Program-made: the position numbers and the translations under genes
Notes under the pieces: model-generated
The model's input: the letters and a program-made list of their open reading frames with translations, nothing else
Database searches by the model: none
Told to the model about the DNA's origin: nothing
Assembly: GCA_045650235.1 (NCBI GenBank)
Contig: JAZRQX010000023.1
Location: 9,244-73,243 of the forward strand
Direction: 5' to 3'
Length of the DNA: 64,000 nucleotides
DNA from: Alistipes sp.
Lineage (GTDB): Bacteria; Bacteroidota; Bacteroidia; Bacteroidales; Rikenellaceae
In this document: positions 11,134-21,995 of the stretch, in pieces
Layout of the letters: every line of letters starts with the position of its first letter
How positions within the stretch are numbered: position 1 is the first letter of the stretch

Positions 11134-11166
11134 AAAAAGCCTGTTCCGAAAAGAACAGGCTTTTTT
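11134..11166. terminator. Bidirectional terminator
   Basis: AAAAAGCCTGTTC...GAACAGGCTTTTTT. Confidence 0.8.
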
Positions 11167-11220
11167 ATTTAGTTATTTCGAGGCCAGGCCAGACGCCGAA
11201 AGAGCCTTGTTAGGCAATTT

Positions 11221-13053
11221 CTACGCCAGCGACTGCATCTCTATCAAGTGAGCATAAATTCCGCCCTTGGCCATCAGCTCGGCGTGCGTGCCCTGCTCGG
11301 CGATGCGGCCCTCGTCGATGACGATGATGCGGTCGGCATTGTGGATGGTCGAGAGACGATGGGCGATAACCACCGATGTTCGGCCCTCCAGAAGCGTCGT
11401 CAATGCCTCCTGCACCAGCTTCTCGCTCTCGGTGTCGAGTGCCGAGGTAGCCTCGTCGAGAATCAGAATCTCGGGGTTGCGCAACACGGCGCGGGCGATG
11501 CTCAGTCGCTGGCGCTGACCGCCCGAGAGCTTTGTGCCTCGGTCACCGATATTGGTCTGGTAGCCCTTCTCGCTCTGCATAATGAAGTCGTGGGCGTTGG
11601 CCACCTTCGCGGCGGCGATGATCTGCTCGTCGGTCGCATCCTCGCGGCCCATAGCTATGTTATTGCGGATCGTGTCGTTGAACAGCACAGTCTCCTGCGA
11701 GACGATACCCATATGTTCGCGCAGGCTCTCCTGCTGATAATCGCCGATGGGACGGCCATCGATGTAGATTCCGCCACGCTCGGCATCGTAGAAGCGCGGG
11801 ATAAGCTCACTCAAGGTCGATTTTCCACCACCCGACGGACCAACCAGAGCAACGGTCTCGCCCTTGCGCACCTCGAACGAGATGTCGTGCAGAATCTCGC
11901 GCGTATCGTCATAGCGGAAACCCACCGAGCGGAACTCTATCTTATCCTTAAACTCCTTAAGCTCAACGGCATCGGCCTTATCCTTGATAGCGCTCTCGGC
12001 ATCGATAATCGAGAATACGCGCTCACCCGCCGCAATACCCTGATTGATATTTGCGAACTGGTCGATGAACGAACGCAACGGGCGTGTAAGCTGCGAGAAG
12101 GCTGCGATATAGGCCACAAAGCCCGATGCCAGCAACTCGCCACTCTGCACCAGCGAACCTCCGAACACCAGCACCACCGAGATGGCCGTAATGCCGAGGA
12201 ACTCGCTCATCGGCGAGGCCAACTGCTGCTTGCGGGCCATCGAAATAAGTATCTGCGACATCTCGGCGTTGATCGAGCGGAACTTCGAGCAGATGTAGTC
12301 GAAGGCGTTGTAGCTCTTCATTGTCTTAACACCCGAAAGCGACTCCTCCATAACGCTCACCATATCGCCCATACGCTCCTGACCGCGCTGTGCGGGGTGG
12401 CGCAGACGCTTGACGATAGATCCGATCAACAGACCCACTACGGGCAGGTAGAGAATCGAAAAGACCGTAAGCTGCCACGAGATGCCCACCATAAGTGCCA
12501 CATAACCAAAGATCAGGAAGGGCTCGCGGAAGGCCACCTGAAGGGTGTTGGTAATGCAGAACTGCACGATCATCACGTCCGAGGTAATCTTCGACATCAG
12601 ATCGCCCTTGCGCTGGTCGCTGAAATAGCCGACGTTCATACCCATCGTGCGCTCGAACATCTCGTTACGCATACGCTGCAGTGTGCGCGTACGCATCACC
12701 TCGACGGTCATCGAGCCCAGATAGCGGAACAGGTTGCTCAACACGTTCGACAGAATCAGAATAGCGGCCAGCAGTCCCAGCAGATGCGTCACGCTGTACT
12801 CCGGACCGAAGACCTGCGTATAGACGAAGTTGAGAACGCTGTTCAGACACTCGATATTGAACTCAACGGCCGGGAACTCATAGACGGGCTCGAAGACGTA
12901 GCCCTCGTCGAAGAGTGTGCCGATGATGGGGATGATCATCGTGTAGGTGAAGGTGTTGAACACGGCGTGCAACACCGAGTAGAAGAAGTAAGGTATAGCG
13001 TAGCGACCAAGGGGCGAAGCGAAGCCCAGCAGTCGCAGATAGGTTTTCATCAT
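11221..13053 (-). CDS. MsbA-like ABC exporter (TMD+NBD)
   Basis: TM domain; GPSGGGKS, LSGGQRQR, ILDEATS. Confidence 0.92.
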   Translation of the reverse strand: MMKTYLRLLGFASPLGRYAIPYFFYSVLHAVFNTFTYTMIIPIIGTLFDEGYVFEPVYEFPAVEFNIECLNSVLNFVYTQVFGPEYSVTHLLGLLAAILILSNVLSNLFRYLGSMTVEVMRTRTLQRMRNEMFERTMGMNVGYFSDQRKGDLMSKITSDVMIVQFCITNTLQVAFREPFLIFGYVALMVGISWQLTVFSILYLPVVGLLIGSIVKRLRHPAQRGQERMGDMVSVMEESLSGVKTMKSYNAFDYICSKFRSINAEMSQILISMARKQQLASPMSEFLGITAISVVLVFGGSLVQSGELLASGFVAYIAAFSQLTRPLRSFIDQFANINQGIAAGERVFSIIDAESAIKDKADAVELKEFKDKIEFRSVGFRYDDTREILHDISFEVRKGETVALVGPSGGGKSTLSELIPRFYDAERGGIYIDGRPIGDYQQESLREHMGIVSQETVLFNDTIRNNIAMGREDATDEQIIAAAKVANAHDFIMQSEKGYQTNIGDRGTKLSGGQRQRLSIARAVLRNPEILILDEATSALDTESEKLVQEALTTLLEGRTSVVIAHRLSTIHNADRIIVIDEGRIAEQGTHAELMAKGGIYAHLIEMQSLA

Positions 13054-13074
13054 AACGGTTCTTCAAATTTTCAT

Positions 13075-14100
13075 TTATACCAATCCCTCGCGGGCAAACT
13101 CCTCGACAGCGGCCTCGAAGCGGGCGATGGTCTCCTCCATCGAAACGAAGGACTTGCCGCCGGCGGCATTGTGGTGGCCGCCACCCTCGAAATAACGCGA
13201 CGCAAAGAGATTCACATCCACCGCACCGCGCGAGCGCAATGACACGCGGATGAAATCCTTATGCTCGATGAAGATTGCCGACATACGCATCTTCTTGATC
13301 GAGAGGGGGTAGTTCACAAATCCCTCGCTGTCGCCCTGCTGGAACCAGAAGCGGCGCATCTCCTCCTCCGTGAGCGACATATAGGCAACCGTACCCTTGC
13401 GCAACATCTTCATCTTGCGGTTGATGGCGTAGCCAAACAGGCGGGCACGGCCCTCGGTGAAGGAGTTATAGACGTTGTTATAGATCTGCGGAATGTTGAT
13501 TCCCGTAGCCGACAGCACGGCCAGCGCCTGATATAATTCGGGCGTGAGCTGCGAGAAGGAGAAGTTACCCGTGTCGGTCATCATACCGACGTAGAGCACC
13601 TCGGCCTGCGACGGGGTAACGCTCTGTGCGCCCCACAAAGCCTCGATAACCTTATATACAAGGAAGCAGGTGCTCGACGACTCGGGATGCGAGAACATAA
13701 TGTCGAACTGCTCGGTGGGATTCAGGTGGTGGTCAATCAGCACACGCTTGGCCGACGTATTGGCGGCAATGACCTCGCTGAGCTGGTCCAGACGCGAGAG
13801 CGAATGGAAGTCGAGGCAGAAGATAACATCGGCCTCGGCCACAGCTGCGGCGGCACGGTCTGACTCGGTGCGGTGGATAACCACATCGCCGATGCCCGTC
13901 ATCCAATCCAGATAGTAGGGGTACTTGTTCGGCACGATGCAGACTACATCGTGTCCCTCGCGACGCAGCGCCTCGGCCCACGCAATAGAGGAGCCGACGG
14001 CATCGCCATCGGGATTGGTGTGAGAGAGAATGACCATACGTTGCGCAGGAGTTGCGATAAGCTCGCGCAGACGCTCTATGTCGGGTTGCGATAAATTCAT
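13075..14100 (-). CDS. nrnA: DHH family phosphoesterase (NrnA-like)
   Basis: HTNPDGDA, DHH, TDTG, GGGHHNAAG; start at MNLSQ. Confidence 0.88.
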   Translation of the reverse strand: MNLSQPDIERLRELIATPAQRMVILSHTNPDGDAVGSSIAWAEALRREGHDVVCIVPNKYPYYLDWMTGIGDVVIHRTESDRAAAAVAEADVIFCLDFHSLSRLDQLSEVIAANTSAKRVLIDHHLNPTEQFDIMFSHPESSSTCFLVYKVIEALWGAQSVTPSQAEVLYVGMMTDTGNFSFSQLTPELYQALAVLSATGINIPQIYNNVYNSFTEGRARLFGYAINRKMKMLRKGTVAYMSLTEEEMRRFWFQQGDSEGFVNYPLSIKKMRMSAIFIEHKDFIRVSLRSRGAVDVNLFASRYFEGGGHHNAAGGKSFVSMEETIARFEAAVEEFAREGLV

Positions 14101-14214
14101 ATCGTAATCTTGTTTGGTTGCCCTCCGCGCCAAAAGTGGCAACGGGGGTAAAAGTTCGGCAAATGTAATAATAATTGGTCGTTTTGGACACTCCACGAAG
14201 TACCCAAAATTGTT

Positions 14215-15447
14215 TTAATAGGTCTTTTCGTGGGTTGTGCGACCGTCGCGATTGACGATTTTGACGTGTACGCCCTCCCCGTTCACCTTTACGAGCATCG
14301 CGCTCACGTTGTCGTTAGCGATAATCGGGAACTCCACCACGCCCTCCTGTCGGGGGAAGATGGCGAAGTCGTGCAGGTGGGCCGAGAACATCACGTTGAT
14401 GTCGGCATCGTTCAGTATGGGCAACATCAACTCGCCCAAGTGGGCATTGCCGCGCCACGTCATAAGGTCCGCAACGCGCTTCTCATTCTCCTCGACCTCG
14501 GCCATACGCTCTACGGTCGGGGGGATATGAACGATGGCGATGCGGTGCTTGGCACGGCGGAAGGCCTTGCTCTTGACCACCTCCTTCAGCCACTCGGCCT
14601 GCTCGCGGCGGTAGTTGTCGAAATCGACCAAACCGGCATATACGGGGTGCTCGTCGTCCTTATCCTCGCCACAGTCGAGCATCACAACGGCCGTCGAGCC
14701 GAAGTAATAGACGCCGTAGTAGCGGCCCTCGCGGGTGTTGTGGATGTAGTCGCCATACTCGCGGGCCAGATGGCCGCGTGTCTCGTGGTTGCCACGCACA
14801 ACGGCAAAGGGCTTATGGCTGGCAAAGCGCTCGACCGAGACGTCAATAAAACTCGTAAATGGCTGTCCCTCACGCGAGAAGTGGCTCATAATATCGCCAT
14901 TGTAGAATACCATATCCACCTCCTGCATAGGCATCAGATCGAGCAGCGCGGCGCACTTCTGTGCATCGTCGTGAATGTCGTTAGCCACCACGAACGTAAC
15001 CTCGTCGGCCGCAGGATCGAAGGTGCAGAACGAGTACCACGGTGAGGTGATCTGCTCGCCAAAGACAACCTTATAGGGCTCGAAGCTGAGCATACGCTTC
15101 GATGTGAGGCGGTACTCATACTCGGTGGCGGCGCTGAGGCCCTCGATGCGGATGGCGTTGAAGGTGTTGTCGGCCTCAAAAAGGCCATCCTTCGAGGTGC
15201 GGTATAACTGCGCCTCGTCACTGCCCTTCACACGAAGCTCTACGCCCGAGAATCCTCGGTGCGAAGTCGAGAAGCAGATCGTAACGCCGTCGTACGATAG
15301 TGCCTGCAGATAGGGGCCGTGGTTGAATGTATAACTCTCCGTAGCCGCCACAGCGTCGGCCGCAGGCTGAGCTACGAGGGGCATAGTAGCCAGCAAGGCG
15401 GCCACAAGGACCGCCACTGACAAAAGATATCTTTTCACTCCGTTCAT
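14215..15447 (-). CDS. Purple-acid-phosphatase-like metallophosphoesterase with FN3-like N-terminus
   Basis: Signal peptide; DIH, NGD, GNHE, AHLH. Confidence 0.82.
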   Translation of the reverse strand: MNGVKRYLLSVAVLVAALLATMPLVAQPAADAVAATESYTFNHGPYLQALSYDGVTICFSTSHRGFSGVELRVKGSDEAQLYRTSKDGLFEADNTFNAIRIEGLSAATEYEYRLTSKRMLSFEPYKVVFGEQITSPWYSFCTFDPAADEVTFVVANDIHDDAQKCAALLDLMPMQEVDMVFYNGDIMSHFSREGQPFTSFIDVSVERFASHKPFAVVRGNHETRGHLAREYGDYIHNTREGRYYGVYYFGSTAVVMLDCGEDKDDEHPVYAGLVDFDNYRREQAEWLKEVVKSKAFRRAKHRIAIVHIPPTVERMAEVEENEKRVADLMTWRGNAHLGELMLPILNDADINVMFSAHLHDFAIFPRQEGVVEFPIIANDNVSAMLVKVNGEGVHVKIVNRDGRTTHEKTY

Positions 15448-15448
15448 A

Positions 15449-17410
15449 CTACTCCACCTCAGCCTTCTCGGTGATGTACATACCCGTCTGCGAAATCGTA
15501 GGACGAGGATTGCGGAGCTTGCGACCATCGATGCGCAATGCTGAAGCGCCGCGCGTTGTCAGACGGTCGTTGAATACCGACTCGCTCTGACCGTACGACT
15601 TGTCGAGTATCGACTTGCCCTTGCAGATGCGATTAACTGCCTCGGCCAGAGCCAGATCGTAGCGATAGCTACCCCAATCGGTGCGAGGAATACCATACAT
15701 AAAATACTCACAATGGCTACGCATACTCTCCGAGAGCGAAGTATCGTAGAAGTACTCCTCGATATCTACATCGGGACTGATACCCTCGCCATAGTCAGAG
15801 AATCCCTTTGCGTTGGCGTGCATAAAGGTGATGGGGGCGAAGATGTAGTTGTACGAGCCGAAGGTCTTCTCCGTAACGAGCATACCGCAGTTCTTACCGC
15901 GTGTCGTAGTTCCAATAATCTCGATGGGGATATCCAATCCCTGCAAGCCCACAATCACCGACTCACTGCACGAAGCCGAGTTGCCATCGGCGATAATCCA
16001 CACCTTCTGCATATTGAGGTGAGGCAGATCCTTCATAGAGCCCGTTGCGGGGTCGTAGTAGGTCTTGTCGAGGGGGATCTTCTCCTCAGTCTGGGCCATA
16101 CGCTTGTTCTTGGGGTTGTAGATATAGGTAGCGAAGAGCTTGCCTCCGTAGCTCTCGTCAATCATCATAGCCGAGAGATAGACGCTCATAACGGCGTGAC
16201 CACCCGGGTTGCCGCGCAGGTCGAGAATCATATCCGTAATACCCTGCTCCGAGAGATCCTTCACAGCATCAACCAATTCTCCAATAAAGGGCTGCTCGAA
16301 GGAGAGGTACGACAGATAACCCACCTTGCGACCGTTGGGATTGTCCTGCTCCTCGATAGGCAGAACGCCCGAGTAGGCTACGGGGTTAGCCTCGTAGTAG
16401 GCCGAGGTGATGGTGCACTCCTTCTTAACCGAATGACCCTCCTCGTCGTAGGTTAGGTAAGCGAGTTTCTTTGTACCAGAGCCATACTGCAGATCAAGCC
16501 AATGATTATTGATATGATCCCAATTGGTTGCGTCAATAGGCTTACCTTCAATCTCGTAGATTACATCGCCACGCTTCAGACCGATCTCGGCCGCAGGCGA
16601 CTCGGGATAGACGTTCCACACAGCAAAACCCGCCTCGGTGGACTTATCATCCATAAGAAGGACTGTCGAAGCCAGACCGATACCGAAGTTATTAACCTCC
16701 TTCTCATCGCTCATAATTGAGCGGGTCTCGCCCGTGGGTTCTTGCTCGATATAAGAGAAGATATAGCGATCGCCATACTCGTCAATGCCACCATCGTCCA
16801 TATTAGTGGTCATACTCAGCAGCGACGACGAAAGAAACTCTTCGTACTCGAGCGAGAAGTCGAACGTACCACGTTTCTCAACGTACTCGTCGAGCCAATA
16901 GTACTCGTCCTGCAAACGACCATCCATCCACTCGACAACGTCGCTCAGATTCTTGGCCTCCTGGGTAATCTCATAGAGCTTAATGCGCTTATAGCCATCG
17001 ACTTGAATAAACACGTTGCACGTGCGGGGCGTATCGCCATCGTTGGCCGTAAGGGCCAGCGACACCTTGTGCGTGCCACCCTTTGTGGCGCTTGCGCCAG
17101 CGGTGATTGAGGCCATCGACTGGTTATCGACATCGACCTTATAGCCACCCTCGGTGGTGATCGTGAGGGTTATATTTGCCGCCATAGCGTTGCGCGAGAG
17201 CTGGCTCTGCGAGGGAACGACAACGCCCTCCGTGAAGTTATGAATAGAGCTGCTACCTCCGCCACCTGTCGTGGTGCCGCCATCGTCCGAGCAGCTGCTC
17301 ATAAACGCCATTGCCATCACAATTACAAACATAGAAAAACACTGTGCCAAGCGTTTTGCTACCGTTGAATATAGACTTCTCATATCTTTAAGAATTATAG
17401 TAATTTCCAA
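15449..17410 (-). CDS. S41 family peptidase lipoprotein (BACON-like + PDZ)
   Basis: SSC lipobox; DLRGNPGG, SASCSE, GKN; PDZ-like SPAAEIGLKRGD; true start probably downstream of 17410. Confidence 0.85.
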   Translation of the reverse strand: MEITIILKDMRSLYSTVAKRLAQCFSMFVIVMAMAFMSSCSDDGGTTTGGGGSSSIHNFTEGVVVPSQSQLSRNAMAANITLTITTEGGYKVDVDNQSMASITAGASATKGGTHKVSLALTANDGDTPRTCNVFIQVDGYKRIKLYEITQEAKNLSDVVEWMDGRLQDEYYWLDEYVEKRGTFDFSLEYEEFLSSSLLSMTTNMDDGGIDEYGDRYIFSYIEQEPTGETRSIMSDEKEVNNFGIGLASTVLLMDDKSTEAGFAVWNVYPESPAAEIGLKRGDVIYEIEGKPIDATNWDHINNHWLDLQYGSGTKKLAYLTYDEEGHSVKKECTITSAYYEANPVAYSGVLPIEEQDNPNGRKVGYLSYLSFEQPFIGELVDAVKDLSEQGITDMILDLRGNPGGHAVMSVYLSAMMIDESYGGKLFATYIYNPKNKRMAQTEEKIPLDKTYYDPATGSMKDLPHLNMQKVWIIADGNSASCSESVIVGLQGLDIPIEIIGTTTRGKNCGMLVTEKTFGSYNYIFAPITFMHANAKGFSDYGEGISPDVDIEEYFYDTSLSESMRSHCEYFMYGIPRTDWGSYRYDLALAEAVNRICKGKSILDKSYGQSESVFNDRLTTRGASALRIDGRKLRNPRPTISQTGMYITEKAEVE

Positions 17411-17426
17411 AGGTAATGATTTTTAT

Positions 17427-18074
17427 TTATTTCTCCGCCTTTTGCTTGGAAAAGTACGCACACCACGCCTGAATTCCGCACTCGGCACACTTGGGTGAAC
17501 GTGCCGTGCAGACATAACGGCCGTGCAGGATGAGCCAATGGTGGGCAATCGGGAGCAGCGCCGAGGGGATGTGGCGCTCCAGCTGAAGCTCGGTCTGGAG
17601 CGGGGTTTTCGCTCCGCGCGTGAGGCCGATGCGGGCCGAGACGCGGAAGACGTGGGTATCGACGGGCATCACCTCCTGCTGCCAGATAACGGCTCCGATG
17701 ACATTGGCCGTCTTGCGTCCCACGCCCGGCAGACGTTGCAGCTCCTTCAGATCGGAGGGCACCTCGCCACCGAACTCCTCGACTAACATTCGCGCCATAG
17801 CGGCCAGATGGCGGGCCTTGTTATTGGGGTAGGAGATACTGCGGATATAGGGGAAGATCTCCTCGGCTGTCGCCTCGGCCATAGCCTCGGCCGAGGGGTA
17901 GGCCTCGAACAGGGCGGGCGTGGTGAGGTTGACACGTTTGTCGGTACATTGGGCCGAGAGGATTACGGCCACAAGTAGCTCGAAGGGCGAGTTGTAGTTG
18001 AGCTCGCTCTCGGCAACGGGCATCGCCTGCTGGAAATAGGCGATGATGGCATCGTATCGTTGTTTTATTGTCAT
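17427..18074 (-). CDS. nth: Endonuclease III
   Basis: LSAQCTD, HhH LPGVGRKTA, VDTH, C-X6-C-X2-C-X5-C. Confidence 0.95.
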   Translation of the reverse strand: MTIKQRYDAIIAYFQQAMPVAESELNYNSPFELLVAVILSAQCTDKRVNLTTPALFEAYPSAEAMAEATAEEIFPYIRSISYPNNKARHLAAMARMLVEEFGGEVPSDLKELQRLPGVGRKTANVIGAVIWQQEVMPVDTHVFRVSARIGLTRGAKTPLQTELQLERHIPSALLPIAHHWLILHGRYVCTARSPKCAECGIQAWCAYFSKQKAEK

Positions 18075-18150
18075 ACACTATAAAAATTAAGAGGGTACCT
18101 CGTGAAGGTACCCTCAAAGATATTTCAAAAAAATCAATTCTCAGCCTTTT

Positions 18151-19311
18151 CTACTTGAAAAGTAATTGACCAAAAGTATTCAGATAATGACGCCAGTTGC
18201 TCCAAGTGTGGCCACCGCCATTGATATACATCGTATGGGGCATATCCAGACGTGTGAGCATCTCGTCCATAACCTTCGTGCCGGGATAAGCGAAGTCGGC
18301 GTCGCCGCAACCTACCCAGTAGAGCTTATAGCCAGCCTTCTTGATACCCTGCAGAGCAGCTACAGCCTCCTCCGTGTCGCGCATACCGCAGCTCATCGGG
18401 CAGATGTAGTCGAACATATCGGGATAGAGGCCCGTAACGGCTGTGGTGTGACCACCACCCATTGACAAACCTGCAACGGCACGCGAAGCCTTGTTAGCCT
18501 TCACGCGGAAGTGCTTCTCAACGTAGGGAACGATATCCTTCGCCAAAGAGTGAACGTAGGCATTAGCCTCGGCACGACCCTCCTTTACGGGGAGCTTCAG
18601 AGGCGAAGCAGCCTGCTGTGTGGGGTTACCGTTGGGCATAACCACGATCATAGGAACAGCCAAACCCTTCTCAATGAGGTTGTCCATAATCTGGCAAGCG
18701 CGACCCATATTGCTCCACGCATCCTCGTCGCCACCACCACCGTGCAACAGGTAGAGAACGGGATACTTGGTCTTTGCATTCTTGGGATCGTCATAGCCGT
18801 AGGGGGTATAAACATACATACGGCGGTTCAGGCCCAGCGAGGGGCTGTCGTACCAAACCTTCGTCAGGTTACCGCGCTGGTTAGCCTCGAAGTAGTTCTC
18901 GGTGAACTCGCCCGGAACGATCAGGATGCTCAGGTAGCGAGTACCATCGCGCTGCTGCATTACGTTGCTCGGGTCGTTCACCGCAACGCCATCAACGATG
19001 AAGTTGTAGGTGTAGAGCTCCGGTGCGGGCATATCAATGGTGTACTCCCATACGCCCTGCGCATTGCGAGTCATATCGGCAGTGATGGGCACCTCGCTCT
19101 CACGGCCGTTGTAAGTTACCTTCTGTGTGGGCATAAAACCACCTGTGATCTGCACGCGTGTAGCGTACGAAGCAGAGAGACGGAAGGTGATCTTGCCATC
19201 CTTGATTTCGGGAGATGCGGTGTTAGCCGTACCAACAAAGTTGGCCAACTCCTGTGCACCGAGGCTCAGCGAGAGCATCAATGCCGCTGCAAAAAGTAGT
19301 AATCTTTTCAT
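18151..19311 (-). CDS. Secreted esterase (CE1-like) with N-terminal Ig/CBM48-like domain
   Basis: YPVLYLLHG, GLSMGG nucleophile, GGHTW. Confidence 0.85.
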   Translation of the reverse strand: MKRLLLFAAALMLSLSLGAQELANFVGTANTASPEIKDGKITFRLSASYATRVQITGGFMPTQKVTYNGRESEVPITADMTRNAQGVWEYTIDMPAPELYTYNFIVDGVAVNDPSNVMQQRDGTRYLSILIVPGEFTENYFEANQRGNLTKVWYDSPSLGLNRRMYVYTPYGYDDPKNAKTKYPVLYLLHGGGGDEDAWSNMGRACQIMDNLIEKGLAVPMIVVMPNGNPTQQAASPLKLPVKEGRAEANAYVHSLAKDIVPYVEKHFRVKANKASRAVAGLSMGGGHTTAVTGLYPDMFDYICPMSCGMRDTEEAVAALQGIKKAGYKLYWVGCGDADFAYPGTKVMDEMLTRLDMPHTMYINGGGHTWSNWRHYLNTFGQLLFK

Positions 19312-19431
19312 AGGTCTCTATTTTTTAAGTTAGTAGGTTCTCTTCTTCACAAATCTACGAAAAAAAATGTGCATTGCAATAGCAAAATGCACATTTTTAT
19401 GCCAAAAGCCACAATTTGCAGCTCTCGCCCG

Positions 19432-21894
19432 TTACAACTTTCTCAGCTTGGCAAACTTGGCCAACAGCGTCTTCTCGCCATATGTTCCGAAATCGACCAC
19501 CACCTTATGATCCGTAGCCATAGCCTCGACTCTTCGCACCTCGCCCACGCCGAACTTCGGATGCTCCACCCTATCGCCAACGGCGTATGCGCAGTCGCCA
19601 ATCGGGGCACTGTCGCGCACGGGCGTCGTGGGCACGCGCTTTAGGCCTTCGGTCGAACGTACGGGTGCAACCAGCTTCGGGTCGGGCTGACGCTTAGGCT
19701 CGTCGGCTCGCTTCTGCTGGAAACGAACATCGAAACGGCGGCGCAGCTCCTCGATAGCGGTGCGGCCATCGCGGCGCTCATCCTTCTTCAGAGCTGCGGG
19801 TTGCGGGCCGCCATAACCACCGCGTGAGAACGATCCCATACGACCGCCAAAGCCCTCCGAGTCGCTCGATGAGCGCTGCGCTCCTGCCGAGAGATCCTCG
19901 TCGCACTCGACATAGCGCTCGTCGATCTCGCGCAGGAAACGGCTCGGTGACGAGAACTCCATATTACCCCACTTAAAGCGCATATCGCAGTACGAGAGCG
20001 TAGCCTCGGCCTTGGCGCGCGTGAGCGCAACGTAGAACAATCGGCGCTCCTCCTCCACTCCGTCGGCGGACTCCAGAGCTCGCTGCGAGGGGAAGAGATT
20101 CTCTTCACAGCCTACTATATATATATATTTATACTCAAGACCCTTGGCCGAGTGGACGGTCATCAGCGTCAGTCGCTCGTCGCCCTCCTCCTCTTTGTTG
20201 TCCATATCGGTCAGCAGCATAATGTTCTGTAGCCACTCCTCCACCGTGGGCTGGCGCTCCTCCTCCCTTTCGCCAGCGCGAATCTCGGCCTCGCACTGCT
20301 CCGTGAAGAGCTGCATCGAGTTCAGAAGCTCCTCGATATTGTCGATGGCCGACGTAGCCTCGGGGGTGTTCTCCACGCGATACTGCGCCAAGATGCCCGA
20401 ACGCGAAGCGATCTCCAGACCGAAGTCGTAGAGCGACTTCTCCTGACGCGCCACCTGGAACGAACGTATCAGATTGACAAACTCCGTAACCTTGCGGGCA
20501 ATGGTGCGCTGTACCGAATCGCCCAACGTAGCCGCCTCGGCCACCAGTGCATCGACAGCCTCCCACATCGACTGCCCACGCTCCTTGGCAAGCTCGGCGA
20601 TGCGGCCGACGGTCGTGTCGCCAATGCCACGCATCGGGTAGTTCACCACGCGCTTGAAGGCCTCGTCGTCCTTGGGGTTGATGACAAGACGGATGTAGGC
20701 CAGAGTATCCTTAATCTCCTTGTGGTCGTAGAACGAGCTGCCCTTATAGATTCTGTACGGTATGCCACGGCGACGCAACGCCTGCTCCACCACGGCCGAC
20801 TGATTGTTCGTGCGGTAGAGGATCGCCACCTCGCCCCAGCCATCGCCCGTTTCACGCAGACGGTCGCGGATGGCCTGTGCAATCATATCGGCCTCCTCAC
20901 GGTCGGTGTAGCCACGCAGGATGCGGATCTTCTCGCCCGCGTCGCCCTCCGAGAAGCACTTCTTCTCCATACGGCGCGAGTTGTGCTCGATGACCGAGTT
21001 GGCGGCATCGACAATGGTGCGTGTCGAGCGGTAGTTCTGCTCGAGTTTGTAGGTCTCGGCGGCGGGATAGTCGTTGCGGAAGGAGAGGATATTCTCAATC
21101 TTTGCGCCTCGGAACGAATAGATACTCTGCGCATCGTCGCCCACCACGCAGACGCGGCCGTGGAGCTGCGAGAGGCGGCGGATGATGATGTACTGCGCGA
21201 AGTTAGTATCCTGATACTCATCGACCAAGATATATTGAAAAAGCTCCTGATAGCGCGCCAGCACATCGGGGCAGTCGCGTAGCAGGACGTTGGTCTGCAG
21301 CAGCAGATCGTCGAAGTCCATCGCTCCGTTCTGCTTGCAGCGGCGGCAGTACTCGACATAAATCTCACCGAAACGGGGTATCTGCGCCTGACGATCCTCG
21401 GCCGCATAGACCGAGTTGGCGACGTAGGCGCCGGGCGTCACGAGGCAGTTCTTGGCAAAGGAGATACGCGAAAGGATGCGCTGCGGCTTGTACTTGTCGT
21501 CGGCCAAGCCCTGCTCCTTGCAGATGGTCTTGATAAGGTTCTTGCAATCCGACGGCTCGTAGATCGTGTAGCTGTCGGTGTAGCCGATGCGCGAGGCATT
21601 CTCGCGCAGGATGCGCGAAAAGACCGAGTGGAACGTACCCATACGGATGTGGCGCGCACGCGGGCCCACCATCTGCTCGATGCGGGTGCGCATCTGCTCT
21701 GCCGCTTTGTTCGTAAAGGTCAGAGCCAGAATGTTATGCGGCTGCACGCCCTGCTCCAACATATATGCTATGCGCGAGGTCAGTACGCGCGTCTTGCCCG
21801 ATCCCGCACCCGCTATGATAAGCGATGGCGAGGAGTAATTCACCACCGCCTCGCGCTGCTGCGGATTGAGCCCCTGAAGTATCTTCGATTCCAT
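19432..21894 (-). CDS. pcrA: ATP-dependent DNA helicase UvrD/PcrA
   Basis: AGAGSGKT, DEYQD, QNYRST, TVHSAKGLE, C-terminal HPKFG domain. Confidence 0.93.
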   Translation of the reverse strand: MESKILQGLNPQQREAVVNYSSPSLIIAGAGSGKTRVLTSRIAYMLEQGVQPHNILALTFTNKAAEQMRTRIEQMVGPRARHIRMGTFHSVFSRILRENASRIGYTDSYTIYEPSDCKNLIKTICKEQGLADDKYKPQRILSRISFAKNCLVTPGAYVANSVYAAEDRQAQIPRFGEIYVEYCRRCKQNGAMDFDDLLLQTNVLLRDCPDVLARYQELFQYILVDEYQDTNFAQYIIIRRLSQLHGRVCVVGDDAQSIYSFRGAKIENILSFRNDYPAAETYKLEQNYRSTRTIVDAANSVIEHNSRRMEKKCFSEGDAGEKIRILRGYTDREEADMIAQAIRDRLRETGDGWGEVAILYRTNNQSAVVEQALRRRGIPYRIYKGSSFYDHKEIKDTLAYIRLVINPKDDEAFKRVVNYPMRGIGDTTVGRIAELAKERGQSMWEAVDALVAEAATLGDSVQRTIARKVTEFVNLIRSFQVARQEKSLYDFGLEIASRSGILAQYRVENTPEATSAIDNIEELLNSMQLFTEQCEAEIRAGEREEERQPTVEEWLQNIMLLTDMDNKEEEGDERLTLMTVHSAKGLEYKYIYIVGCEENLFPSQRALESADGVEEERRLFYVALTRAKAEATLSYCDMRFKWGNMEFSSPSRFLREIDERYVECDEDLSAGAQRSSSDSEGFGGRMGSFSRGGYGGPQPAALKKDERRDGRTAIEELRRRFDVRFQQKRADEPKRQPDPKLVAPVRSTEGLKRVPTTPVRDSAPIGDCAYAVGDRVEHPKFGVGEVRRVEAMATDHKVVVDFGTYGEKTLLAKFAKLRKL

Positions 21895-21910
21895 ACGACA
21901 AAGATACATC

Positions 21911-21931
21911 TTATAATTCAAAATGCAGAAT
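21911..21931 (+). repeat. 21-bp direct repeat, left copy
   Basis: TTATAATTCAAAATGCAGAAT identical to 23321-23341. Confidence 0.9.
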
Positions 21932-21995
21932 GTAGAATATAATAAATAAGAATCCCCACCTAACTAATAGGCAGGGATTACATTCTTTCAAGAAA

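Noticed and set aside
11248-13242. 664-aa + strand ORF
   Set aside because: Antisense shadow of the ABC exporter, expected from GC-rich codon bias; no recognisable motifs
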